Position numbers and translations under genes: made by a program. The notes under the pieces were generated by a model. That model was not told the origin of the DNA. It was given only the letters and a program-made list of their open reading frames with translations, and did no database searches. From an uncultured Chlamydiae bacterium (lineage in GTDB: Bacteria; Chlamydiota; Chlamydiia; Chlamydiales; SM23-39): a stretch of 64,000 bases of DNA. How positions within the stretch are numbered: the stretch's first letter is position 1; each line of letters begins with the position of its first letter. This document shows, piece after piece, positions 30,448-40,654 of this stretch. Where the stretch lies: the NCBI GenBank assembly GCA_963828125.1, contig CAWHDP010000002.1:576001-640000 (forward strand). The letters run 5' to 3'.

Positions 30448-30990
30448 TTAACTTCCATTACTTGTTTCATTTACAATTTTTAAGGCGTCATCATATGATT
30501 CTGTAATGGTTGATTTGTATTTAAATGTATCATTTTGATCTGTTGTTTTATAAATCAACTTCCCTTTTCTTGCACTGGCTACACCAATATTCGGATCATA
30601 TACATCCATACCCCATTTATTTCTTACAAAAAGCCGTATTCCAATTTCCTGAGACGTGAATGGATATACTTTGAGATAAGGCCGAAGTTCTTCATTACTA
30701 TTCACAACTGAAAGAAATTCCTCTACACAACTTACTAATATGCTTCTCAATTGATCTTTGGTCAATGGACCCTGAATATCAAAAGCTAAAAACATCTCTC
30801 TGACACAATCATAAAAAGATCCTCCTTCACCAATCGGAGTCATTTGGAATTCTTTTGAAAGTTTTTTGGCTACTTCATTGCGAATTTCATCTGCAAGTAT
30901 TACATACTTTGGAGAAACATGCTGATTGTTTGCAGAATTGTTGCATGAGCAAAAAAAAGAAATTAAAATAAACGCAAAAAACCTCATCAT
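30448..30990 (-). CDS. Lipoprotein immunity protein for RHS-C
   Basis: MMRFFAFILISFFCSC lipobox-like. SPKYVILADEI and LRPYLKVYPFT match SPRYVKLAHEI and VRPYLHEYPFT of the RHS-B-associated lipoproteins. Confidence 0.8.
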   Translation of the reverse strand: MMRFFAFILISFFCSCNNSANNQHVSPKYVILADEIRNEVAKKLSKEFQMTPIGEGGSFYDCVREMFLAFDIQGPLTKDQLRSILVSCVEEFLSVVNSNEELRPYLKVYPFTSQEIGIRLFVRNKWGMDVYDPNIGVASARKGKLIYKTTDQNDTFKYKSTITESYDDALKIVNETSNGS

Positions 30991-30997
30991 TTTCCAC

Positions 30998-33900
30998 CTA
31001 TTTATTAAAATAGTCATCAATTTCACCTTTTAGGGGCTCTCTGTATATCTTTCTGCTAAAGAAATGATCAATAAAAGGGACATATGAATGAGACGGCAAA
31101 TCAGTTATCGATCCATATTCGCGTTCTGAACCCAATCTATCGATTCTGGGTACAAAATCTCTCCATCTAGATTTCGCCCTATAATGAGCAGCTCTCTCAC
31201 AAGTTTGTCTGTAAACATATGTTGCAGGCGCAATCGCTACCACCACAATTCTACTTCTTCTCTCCTGCGGATAACCCAGAAGACTATTTCGTATGTGAAT
31301 AACCCCCTGACTATGACCGATCATCAGAAATCTTGCATCAGGAGAACTATTGTCAAAAAAGTTATCCCACATTTTATGTAATTGTAGCACAGGCTCTGTC
31401 GCTATGCAGCTTAGACCCATGTAGCACTCCAAAAGATCGACTATGTATCCATGAGTAGCATTATGAACATAATGCACATTATAATCTCCCGCTAATTGTG
31501 AAATATATTCTGCACTCTCTCTTGCATCTTCTCGACTGTTCCAAACTCCATTAATAAACCCAATTCCAAAATCGGCATTTTCCCCTCTTTGAAGATCGAA
31601 TACATTCGATTGGGTATGCCATGGATTGATTTCTCCCCAAATTTTTTCAAAAACAAGATCATATCCAATTTTTGGTAAACTTGAGATTACACTACTGCCA
31701 ATATCTCCCCCCCTTTTGCAATTGCGATGCCGCTCACAATAACAATGACTTTCCACCTCACCGTAGAAATACTCACGAAGAGGATCACCTGACGAGCCTT
31801 CTGCCGCAAGACCAAATGCATCAAAGGAGGTGAGCGGATTATTATGAAGAAAAGCGTAAAGGTTAGGGCCATCTAACGAACCTAAAGGGTCTGGGCTGAT
31901 CCACCTGCGGGCATCTGGATCGTAATATCGGAAGCCGAAATAGATCAATCCTGTCTCTTCATCCGTTCTTTTCTCCTTATACCTCCAGGGATTGCCTATC
32001 GCTGAATGGAAAATCCGGTTCCCTGCCGAGTCATAAATTTTCTCTTCAGCAAAAGCTGAATAGGTATAACTCTCCGCAACACTCTTAGTTGTGGGATCGA
32101 TGAGAGCGATCACATTTCCAGAAAAGTCGTGAAGAGGGGCGTAAGGTTTCGTCCCGATTTCGATGGCGATGCTCTCTTGAGAGATTCCAATGGGTGAAAG
32201 ACCGGGAACGCGCAGCTCTTGAATTTTATCTTTCTCATCAATGCTTCCTAGTTCATGATATCCAAAATAGAACGCTTGAGAAAATAAACATGAGATTTTT
32301 TTGGGGCCTTTAACAAAAAAAAGCTCCTTAGCAATTCTCCTGCCAAATCCATCATAATTGTAGCTCACCATTGCACCATCGTCTTTCTCGACTGTAGTCA
32401 GCCGAGAGAGGATGTCAAATGTGAAACAAGTCCCCGCTTTGCCCAAAACTTTCCTGAAAAGATTCCCTTGTGGATCGTAGGAATATTCTCTTTTCTCTGG
32501 TCCAGTGAGTTGGTTGAGATTATTGTACAGAAATTCTTCACTATCGACTAATCGAGAGTTGCCAAGAGAGTCATGCGAGTAGGTTTTATATTGTTCTGTT
32601 TGTTCAGAAATGAGCTGAGACAATGAATCGTAAGTATAGATCCCGCTCTGAAGGTGGAAAGTGCCTTGACGCTCAATTTTAAGGAGATTCTCTAGCACAT
32701 CATAGCCTGTCGCAGGGACCGTTTCAGAGAAATATTTAGTTTGCTGACCTATCTTGCGACCATGCCGATCGTATTTTATGCCTTTACATCCCGCGATTCC
32801 CGTCTCTTCGGAAAGCCTTCCTTGGGGATCATATGAATCGTATTTATGCTGATAAAGGAGATTTCCTCGTGGCGATAATCTTTCTACGCGACTTCCTAAT
32901 AAACCGTCATATGCGTAGGAAATATCCGATTTGTCGGGAAGTGTGATCTTATTAACCCTCCCTAGCCGATCATATCGATAGCTCATTGAAGTGGAATAAA
33001 CACTTTTACCGCCATCATACTCTATAGTTTCGCTGATGATTTGAGCAAAAACGTTATATTTACGCTCAACGTGTATATTATTAAGACTTTTAGCTGAGGT
33101 GATGTTGCCTGAGGCGTCGCATGAATATCGATTTAAGATACGGAGTTCTTTTTCTTCCGCCGGATACTCGATTTGGTCAATATGCCCCCGTTTATCATAA
33201 GTGTATGTAAGAGGAACAGATGCGCCTGGCAAAATTTTAGTGGCCAACCTACCGAACTGATCGTATGTAAGTTCGGTTCTTTTTTCTTCGGAGGTCCCTT
33301 CTGCCTCGATTTGAGCTTCTAGTCGCTCTAAGGGGCCGTAAATCCAATGGGTCGTTTGAACTCCCGTTGCTTGACCCTGCCAAATGTTCCCGTTTATTTC
33401 GAAAGTTTTATTTCCCGATGCATCATAGAGGATGGATTGAGAGGAGAGCAGCGAGCCGCGAATGTCTTTTTTGATGGTTGATCCAATGCGTCCGAGCGCA
33501 TCAAAAATGATCTCTGTTTGGGTCCCGAGAGGATCGATCAAAGTTTTTCGAAGAATTTTTCCTCCATAGTCGACAATGATAGTGGTTTCATTTCCTGAAG
33601 CGTTAGAATACGAAATGGGTTCTCCAAAAGGATCATAAATTGTTTTGGCAAGAGTCTGTTTTTGACCATTGAGAAAAGTATATTCCTCATTACATTTACC
33701 AGAGGCATCATAGTCTAGATATCTTTGAAGCAAGATGCGGCCCACAGCATCTTCGATCCATTTCTCTCTGATCTGGCCAAGCAAATCATATTTGCAACAT
33801 TCAAGTGAATACTCATTAAGAGCTGTACCACACCATATTTTCTTTTTAACCTCTCGCCCCAAATGGTCATAGACGAATTCAATTTTTCGTGAAGAGGGAT

Positions 33901-36505
33901 CATCCTCTGAATGTTTGCCATCATATTGAATGGTCGATATAACTCTGCCAGCCGGGTCGTGACTGAAGCGGGTTACACGCTCAAATTCACCGACCCCTTC
34001 AGTTTCTGTTTCCTTAAGAGCTCGAAAACCATTATATTCATATGAATGGCCTTTAAGAAAAATCAGGCTCCCTTTGTCTGGGATTTTTGAGGTCTCCTGA
34101 TAAGAAATTCTCCCCTGGTAATCATATTCATGAACGGTAACCTTGTTGTCCCGCGTTAAAGAGCGGTGAAGACTTCCCTCTAAATCGTATTTGAAGAGTT
34201 CAGAAGTTCCGTCAGGGTAAAAAATTTGGGTTGGACTTCCTCGAATATTGTAAGTCTTTGAGGTTACGTATTTTTTAGGCTCAGTGACAGAAAGAACATT
34301 TCCAAAAATATCATACATATATGAAAAAACGGGCTGAATGGACTCTTTCTTCTCATTGAGGACAGTGGGATGAATAAGCCGTTCCAACCGACCAAACTCA
34401 TCATAGTCAAATTGTGTCACTTGATTAAAGCGATCCGTGGAGGAGATTTTTCTTCCCAAGCAGTCATACCCATATCGTTCAATCGCTTGAAGCCCTTCTG
34501 ATACTTCCGAGATTTCAAAGCATTGATTCCTCAAGTCAAATTTTCGTTCTATAACCCTCTTTTGATGCGGAACGGTGATCAGAGTCTGATTGCCAACTCC
34601 ATCATACTCGTAAAAGATCTGCCGACCTTCAGGATCAGTTTCGGTCTCAATTTGACCCAGGGTTGTATAGGTTTTGCTGATGAGGTAGGCAGGGAGGTTC
34701 TTGTCGTCATAGATTTGGGTTAAACGGAGCTGTCCCTGCGGGAAATAGGAGTGAACCTGTTTGCTAACAAGAATTGGCTTCTTTGTTTTAAGATCAAGGG
34801 CTTTTCCTTCAACAACTTCTGGGCTTCCAACTCCAGGAAGACTTTCCTTCGATTGAATAACGGTAATATGCCTTTCCGTTACATTTTTGAGCTCTTTTGG
34901 ATCTTCACTAGAGCCGTCATCATCAATGATCTGGTCACAAACTCCATCTTTATCATACGAATAAAACATCCTTTTAAGAATTTTTTCATCGCGAGATTTG
35001 ATCAACTTCTTGATTAGTAGATTGGTGCAGGGTTTGTATTCAAATTTAACCTGACTACCCTTACAATCCTCAACATCTATGAGGAGATTGAAGCCATCCT
35101 CTGAATACTTATAGGTTTTGACATGCTGTTCAACCTCAGTTTGGTTGAGAAGCATCCCTTTCTCATCTAACTTTAAGAATATCTCTTTTTCTCCTGTGAG
35201 ATTCCCATAGATCCAGTCTTTCTCGATATTCCCCCGAGAATCGTATTTAAATGCACGCTGCGAATAAATGCGCCCCTTCCCATCAGCAACAGTAAATGAC
35301 TTGAGCATCCCATAATCCGTTTGAGATTCGCCCCAATATTTGCGATCAGTTCGATAGACCTCGCCCTGTTTATCGTATTGTTCTACGGCTATCAGTTGTT
35401 GACGTGCATCATATAAATATCTAGTTTTTAGCTCTTTTGCATTAAATACTTCAGTACTCCCCTCTCCATATACGAATCGTTGGACAATTTCTGACTCATC
35501 AGGTTCAATACGTGGGTTTTTCAAAATTTTTACTCGCCCATTATCGTCGTATTCAATGCCGATGAATCTGCCCTCGGGCAAAATTTTGTTTTTTAATACA
35601 CACATCCCATCAATCACCTCGTAATCATAGGAAGTTGGAATACAATGAGATCCATTTACCTTTTGGAGGACAAAAAAGTTTTGGGTTTGCTGAAAGTGGT
35701 ACTTTAGGGTTCTTTCGTCGCTAGTTGTTGCTGTAACGGTGCATTGGTCTCCCTTAAATTCATAGTCAAAGCGGATCGACGCATGGAGCTTTTTTTGACT
35801 CGAATCTTTCATCTCAACAAGAGAAAGACGCCCCTTTTCATAAGTGAATAGGATGACATTTCCACTTGGGAGCTTTTCAGAGGTTAATTTGTAATATTTG
35901 TGGTTAGATACCTTGGATGTCAAAAAGGAGGGGATTTTCCCGCCAAAAGTATCATCGGGCTTCTCCGTGACCAAACAATAGGTCCGTTTAGTTCCATCTC
36001 CAAGAATGAGTTCGCAAGTACTCTCCTTGCAATTCAAGCGATTGCTCTGGTGATTTAACTGGCCATTGATTTTTCCAGCATAGGTGTTGACCATGCCAGC
36101 GCCATCTTGAAACATATCGATCTTTAGAGGTTGTTTTTCCTGCCCGCTGTATGTGAGAATGGCTCCAGACCGTTCTCCAGTAAAGGCATACTGCTTCCCA
36201 TCTGAACGGTGTCCTAAAATCAATAGACATTGGGGGAAGATACGCCACCCCCCAAAATTCGTGATGTTCAATTCATCATTGCTACTATAAAATCTAGTTA
36301 GGACCAATGGATCAGGACCCTTTATAACAAGGTCATTTTCGGCTGCGGTAAAACATCCGTCAACGACACTCACTCCCCCTACATAACTTGCCGGATCGTT
36401 TTCTCGAAATGGGACATAGCCTCGTTCGACAGCATCAAGAGCAGGAGGGGCAAGGTTGGCAAGTAGATAAACCGAAAAAAGGAGGAGTTGTCTGATAGTT
36501 CTCAT
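30998..36505 (-). CDS. RHS toxin (RHS-C) with signal peptide and alpha/beta-hydrolase tip
   Basis: YD repeats; NPWRY..ETGLIYFGFRYYDP..WISPDP..NLYAF..NNP..DAFGL; tip GIGFINGVWN..GHSQG..DFV..DHFF. Confidence 0.93.
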   Translation of the reverse strand: MRTIRQLLLFSVYLLANLAPPALDAVERGYVPFRENDPASYVGGVSVVDGCFTAAENDLVIKGPDPLVLTRFYSSNDELNITNFGGWRIFPQCLLILGHRSDGKQYAFTGERSGAILTYSGQEKQPLKIDMFQDGAGMVNTYAGKINGQLNHQSNRLNCKESTCELILGDGTKRTYCLVTEKPDDTFGGKIPSFLTSKVSNHKYYKLTSEKLPSGNVILFTYEKGRLSLVEMKDSSQKKLHASIRFDYEFKGDQCTVTATTSDERTLKYHFQQTQNFFVLQKVNGSHCIPTSYDYEVIDGMCVLKNKILPEGRFIGIEYDDNGRVKILKNPRIEPDESEIVQRFVYGEGSTEVFNAKELKTRYLYDARQQLIAVEQYDKQGEVYRTDRKYWGESQTDYGMLKSFTVADGKGRIYSQRAFKYDSRGNIEKDWIYGNLTGEKEIFLKLDEKGMLLNQTEVEQHVKTYKYSEDGFNLLIDVEDCKGSQVKFEYKPCTNLLIKKLIKSRDEKILKRMFYSYDKDGVCDQIIDDDGSSEDPKELKNVTERHITVIQSKESLPGVGSPEVVEGKALDLKTKKPILVSKQVHSYFPQGQLRLTQIYDDKNLPAYLISKTYTTLGQIETETDPEGRQIFYEYDGVGNQTLITVPHQKRVIERKFDLRNQCFEISEVSEGLQAIERYGYDCLGRKISSTDRFNQVTQFDYDEFGRLERLIHPTVLNEKKESIQPVFSYMYDIFGNVLSVTEPKKYVTSKTYNIRGSPTQIFYPDGTSELFKYDLEGSLHRSLTRDNKVTVHEYDYQGRISYQETSKIPDKGSLIFLKGHSYEYNGFRALKETETEGVGEFERVTRFSHDPAGRVISTIQYDGKHSEDDPSSRKIEFVYDHLGREVKKKIWCGTALNEYSLECCKYDLLGQIREKWIEDAVGRILLQRYLDYDASGKCNEEYTFLNGQKQTLAKTIYDPFGEPISYSNASGNETTIIVDYGGKILRKTLIDPLGTQTEIIFDALGRIGSTIKKDIRGSLLSSQSILYDASGNKTFEINGNIWQGQATGVQTTHWIYGPLERLEAQIEAEGTSEEKRTELTYDQFGRLATKILPGASVPLTYTYDKRGHIDQIEYPAEEKELRILNRYSCDASGNITSAKSLNNIHVERKYNVFAQIISETIEYDGGKSVYSTSMSYRYDRLGRVNKITLPDKSDISYAYDGLLGSRVERLSPRGNLLYQHKYDSYDPQGRLSEETGIAGCKGIKYDRHGRKIGQQTKYFSETVPATGYDVLENLLKIERQGTFHLQSGIYTYDSLSQLISEQTEQYKTYSHDSLGNSRLVDSEEFLYNNLNQLTGPEKREYSYDPQGNLFRKVLGKAGTCFTFDILSRLTTVEKDDGAMVSYNYDGFGRRIAKELFFVKGPKKISCLFSQAFYFGYHELGSIDEKDKIQELRVPGLSPIGISQESIAIEIGTKPYAPLHDFSGNVIALIDPTTKSVAESYTYSAFAEEKIYDSAGNRIFHSAIGNPWRYKEKRTDEETGLIYFGFRYYDPDARRWISPDPLGSLDGPNLYAFLHNNPLTSFDAFGLAAEGSSGDPLREYFYGEVESHCYCERHRNCKRGGDIGSSVISSLPKIGYDLVFEKIWGEINPWHTQSNVFDLQRGENADFGIGFINGVWNSREDARESAEYISQLAGDYNVHYVHNATHGYIVDLLECYMGLSCIATEPVLQLHKMWDNFFDNSSPDARFLMIGHSQGVIHIRNSLLGYPQERRSRIVVVAIAPATYVYRQTCERAAHYRAKSRWRDFVPRIDRLGSEREYGSITDLPSHSYVPFIDHFFSRKIYREPLKGEIDDYFNK

Positions 36506-36691
36506 GGATCGATTACCTTTTGTAAGCGATCAACAATGCCAATCCGCGATCGAAAAAGTCAATTTTTAGTTAAGGTCTTATGAAAAAATTTTCCACATTT
36601 TTTCCGCAAATGAGTAAAAACCAAAAGGATATTTTGGAATCCACCAGAACCCGACATCAATCCCCTGCCATGGAAAACGCGGTTCTGCTTT

Positions 36692-37179
36692 AATCTCTAT
36701 TGCATTGTCATCCTCTCTCTCACAACTGGTGCCCGCCAAGGAGAAATCCTCAATCTCGAATGGAAAGATCTAGACCTCGACAATCGCCTCGCCTATCTCA
36801 AACAAACCAAAAACGGTCGCCCCCGCAGCATCTCCCTTGCAGATCCAGTCATCGATGAACTCAAACGCCTCTACGAACTCCACCATCCCCTCAAATCTCC
36901 GTGTTCGCCAGCAAGACAGCCCTTTGGCCGCATTGATATCAAGAAAGCTTGGCAAACAGCCTTGCGCGTCACTGGAATCTTGCCGGGCACATGACATGCG
37001 CCACATTCGCCGCTGCACAAGGCGCCTCCAATCTCGAACTCGCCACCGCGATGGGCCACCGCACATTGCAAATGCTCCAAAGGTATACACATTTGGATGT
37101 ACAAGTGACGAAGAGGTTCAGCAAAAATATCTCTGAGAAAATTCTCCGGACGGAGCCGATTCTCACCGATCTTCTTTAA
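36692..37179 (+). pseudogene. Tyrosine integrase, C-terminal half, frameshifted
   Basis: Nucleotide-level paralog of ~29792-30294, from LYCIVILSLTTGARQGE to TDLL*. Confidence 0.9.
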
Positions 37180-37247
37180 AACCGTTTGATAGGCAGCATA
37201 CAAGCCCTTTATTTTTAGATATTTATATACATTTTTTAACATAAAAT

Positions 37248-37296
37248 TATGTAACTCAGGCACCCACTTGATGTTTTTGGGTACTTGTGTTACATA
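37248..37296. promoter_or_regulatory. Imperfect inverted repeat, putative AbiEi operator
   Basis: TATGTAACTCAGGCACCCA-N11-TGGGTACTTGTGTTACATA just upstream of abiEi ATG 37303. AbiE operons are known to autorepress via inverted repeats. Confidence 0.65.
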
Positions 37297-37302
37297 TTGA
37301 TT

Positions 37303-37899
37303 ATGACGAACTCCAAGTATGGGCAGATAATCAAGAGATTTGCCAAAAAGGCAGTTTTCACAACGGAAGAAGCGCGAGTTGCGGGAATCCCACCTCGGAT
37401 GCTTGCTTATTTTTGTCAAAAAGGGCTGATCGAACGGATGAGCCGAGGTATCTATAAAGGCGGAATGGCCCAGATGGATATTGATTTTCGGTGGGAAGAT
37501 CTTGCGTTGGTGGCTATGAGTATCCCAAATGGTGTTATTTGTCTCATTTCCGCGCTGTGTTATTATGATCTAACAGATCAAATCATGAGAGAATTTTGGA
37601 TTGCTATGCCTCATGCCTCAAAAAGTCCCAAAAGACCCAAAACCCACATCATTCGCATGCGCAATATCGAATTAGGCCAATCCGAAATAGTGCTAGGTAC
37701 ACATCATCTTAGAATTTTTGATAGAGAAAGAACAGTTGTTGATTCTTTTCGATATTTGAGCCATGAGATCGCAATTAAAGCATTGCAAGAATATTTAAAA
37801 CAGAGAAAGCCTTCCAAACCTAATCTCGATAAACTTTTAAAATACGCAAAAATACTTCGCGTGAATATTTACCCCTACATAATGGCACTGACGACATGA
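37303..37899 (+). CDS. abiEi: AbiEi-family antitoxin
   Basis: N-terminal wHTH (LIERMSRGIY), GVICLISAL..DLTD, FDRERTVVD. Confidence 0.9.
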   Translation: MTNSKYGQIIKRFAKKAVFTTEEARVAGIPPRMLAYFCQKGLIERMSRGIYKGGMAQMDIDFRWEDLALVAMSIPNGVICLISALCYYDLTDQIMREFWIAMPHASKSPKRPKTHIIRMRNIELGQSEIVLGTHHLRIFDRERTVVDSFRYLSHEIAIKALQEYLKQRKPSKPNLDKLLKYAKILRVNIYPYIMALTT

Positions 37900-38341
37900 G
37901 CAAATCTCTAAAGCAATCGATGAAAGAACGACTGAAACGTGTTGCAAAAGAACGAGATCTCACTTTTGAACAGGTTTGGCATAACTTAGTTTTAGAGCGA
38001 TTTTTAGCCCGCCTCTGCCAATCCAAATACAAAACAAATTTCATTCTAAAAGGAGGAACTCTATTAGCGAGATATATCCCTATAGGGAGGGAAACCAAAG
38101 ACTTGGATTTTCTTGTTGAAAAACTCAAAAACTCCGAAGAATTTCTAAGCAAGGCCTTTGATGATATTTGCAGGATTGACCTTGAAGATGGCTTTGAATT
38201 TGAAAAAGTCAAAATCAGCACGCTGCAACATCCTCACATGGATTACACCGGAATTGAAGTATCGCTAATGGCAAAATTAGGTAGCCCCCAATCCTATATT
38301 CAAATTGATCTAGGTTTTGGCGATATTGTTGAACCTATTAC
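37896..38341 (+). pseudogene. abiEii: AbiEii toxin truncated by an IS
   Basis: LKGG, RETKDLDF, IDLGFGD; homology to 209..1057 stops at the IS end at 38342. Confidence 0.88.
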
Positions 38342-39615
38342 CTCGACTTTGCAACTTTTAGCTGCCTAACTCAAGCGGCTTGAAGCACCCGCTTCACTAT
38401 GTCATCCGCCCAGTTCCACATTTCGGGCGTAATATTTTCTACGGAAGAGGTGAATTTGCCCTTCCTGGAAATTAAATTATCCCTCCATATCACCATGCGC
38501 ACAGCTCTTAGCATGTCGGAAAACGTGGCTTGCTCTTTCTGGTGCCAAGCAGTGGATTCCACTTTGAGCAAACCCACCTGTTTCAGCCGATTAGCCATCA
38601 TACAGACACAACTATATAATCCCATCAGTATAGGAGTCGATCGGGCGATTGCTCGATCTGACCATTGCCGTTGAGTCTCCACCCCGAGATGCTCTCGACT
38701 TTCTTCGAACGTGACCTCAAGACTCCAACGATCTACGAATAGTTCGACCATACGTTCAACAGTCATGAGCGGATCTGTGCTCATAAGAGGTAAAGGATCC
38801 AATTTCCCCGTAGGATCTACCACTAAAGCCCATCGAATAGGTATAGGCGTCGCTCCATCTGCTCCCCACATGCATGTATCGGAAATTACACGCGCTATTC
38901 TTTTTTCTCCGCCGTACCCAACGACCTCTATTTCTTTCCATGGCAACCCCTCCAGAGACAGCATCTGTTTGAAATTTTTCAACCGGACGCCCTTTTTCGC
39001 AATACGCCCTCTTCGGCCAGGCTGTTTCTCGGCGGGGAAATCAAACAAGGCTGCATTCATCTTCAGGCGGGACACAAGAGCCACTCCAAAAGAAATGCAG
39101 TCTAAAGCCAATTGCCCTGCCGCATATCCCCCATCTCCAACGAGGATTAAAGGCCAAGTTTTCCCCACCCACCGACGCACTTGCAAAATCATCTGACTTG
39201 TCCATCTCCAGGGGAAGTTTATCGGAGACGAAAACGAGCAACAGCTGAAACAGAATCTTTGCCGCCTTCAGAGAGGACCATTCAGCCCGATTTAAGAGGT
39301 GATGGTACTTGGAACATCCCGGTTCATACTCGAGTCCCATTGCACGCAACGCAGAGCAAATGGTTCTTTTACCCGTACATAAGAGCGTACCGAGCAAGAG
39401 GGTTAGGGCTTTTTTCCAGGAGGGTTTAGAAAAAAGTACCGAGAAAGGGAGTAGAACCGATAAAATGTTGTGTGATAGAGAGTCCATTGGCATAGCCTTT
39501 TGTCTTTGAACAACAAAGATTATGAACGATGGGGGACTCTCTATCAATTTTTATTTTTGCAATCTCATGGCTGACGAGCGTCAGCGAGGAAGTCATGAAA
39601 TTGTACAAAGTCGAG
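38342..39615 (-). mobile_element. IS701-like element, transposase broken
   Basis: Terminal inverted repeats CTCGACTTTG / CAAAGTCGAG. Transposase pieces 39493..~39200 and 39192..38371 (GDGGY, RWSLEVTFEESREHLGVETQRQW). No target duplication. Confidence 0.8.
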
Positions 39616-39944
39616 ATAAATCGATGTTCAAATGAACCGCGGTTTTTATCTTCAGATGGGAAAGAGCCAAGTTGTTCTTTTCTAAGTTTGCGCCAAGTTG
39701 CGCCTAGATTCGGTCCTTCACAGTACTCAGGATGGAGTGCAAAAAGCCCGGCTATAGTCACATCAACAATATTATCTAAGCGCCCTCCCAAAAACTGCAC
39801 GGTTGGCCAGGCTTGATGTCGGGTGGTCTCGCTCAAGCCTCTACGAAGCTCTGCTAATCTGCCGAGATCTTTCAAGGTTTTAAGTTTGATCAAATTTTCT
39901 ATAAATTGCTCAGATCGATCGGGGAAAGTACTTTGATTTTTCAT
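39616..39944 (-). pseudogene. cas11: Type I-E small subunit Cse2/Cas11, 3'-truncated
   Basis: LAELRRG, AGLFALH, NLGAT, FEHRF motifs; directly downstream of cse1 with ATGA overlap; cut by the IS701-like end. Confidence 0.8.
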
Positions 39945-40654
39945 TTCTTGTCTCTAGTTGATTTCTTGGTCGAAGGGTTTGTAAGTTTACTACGTCCCTT
40001 TGAAAACGCTTCTATTTGTCGAGGAGTCGAATGCGGACAGGAGATCTCATAAGCATCCGTAGCGCGTCGCCCAACAAAATTACTCCAAGCATCGGTCTTG
40101 TTGAATGCAGCAACCTGGTCGAGCAATATGCTCACTCCGCTTTCTACATCCGTCCAAAAGTGCATTGATGCGGCCTCCGCCATTTTTTTGATTGTTTTCG
40201 GATCGATTCCCAATGTCTCGGCGTAGGTCTTGATCGCAAAGACTAAAGTAGAGTCCCATTGAGAGGCGAGTAATACGCCATTCTCGTAACTTTTCCTCCC
40301 AATCTCGCCAAACATGGAGCTTGGAACAGACAAACTAGATTCGATCGAATCGATGATTTTGGACTTATTGCAGCAGAGCGCTCCAGTCCAAAGATCTACA
40401 TCTTGTCCTCCGTCAAATTTTCCCCAAATAATAGGACCTGCTAAATCTCCCTTGTTTTTGATGACGATGCAATGGAGTTCCCTCCAGATGGCCCTTCTAG
40501 GAGACATCATCACAGGAGTTGATTGCTCCTTGCCTTTCACCTTGCGGATCTGAGTTGATATTGCGACCTCTCTAAATGAGGGATAGGGACGATATGTCAA
40601 GCCATTAGCGATGATCATGCTGCGCTGATCCAACAAGAAAATGGACCGGCTTAC

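Noticed and set aside
39426..39615. C-terminus of the 172-aa Cse2 ORF
   Set aside because: It is read-through into the IS701-like terminal sequence.
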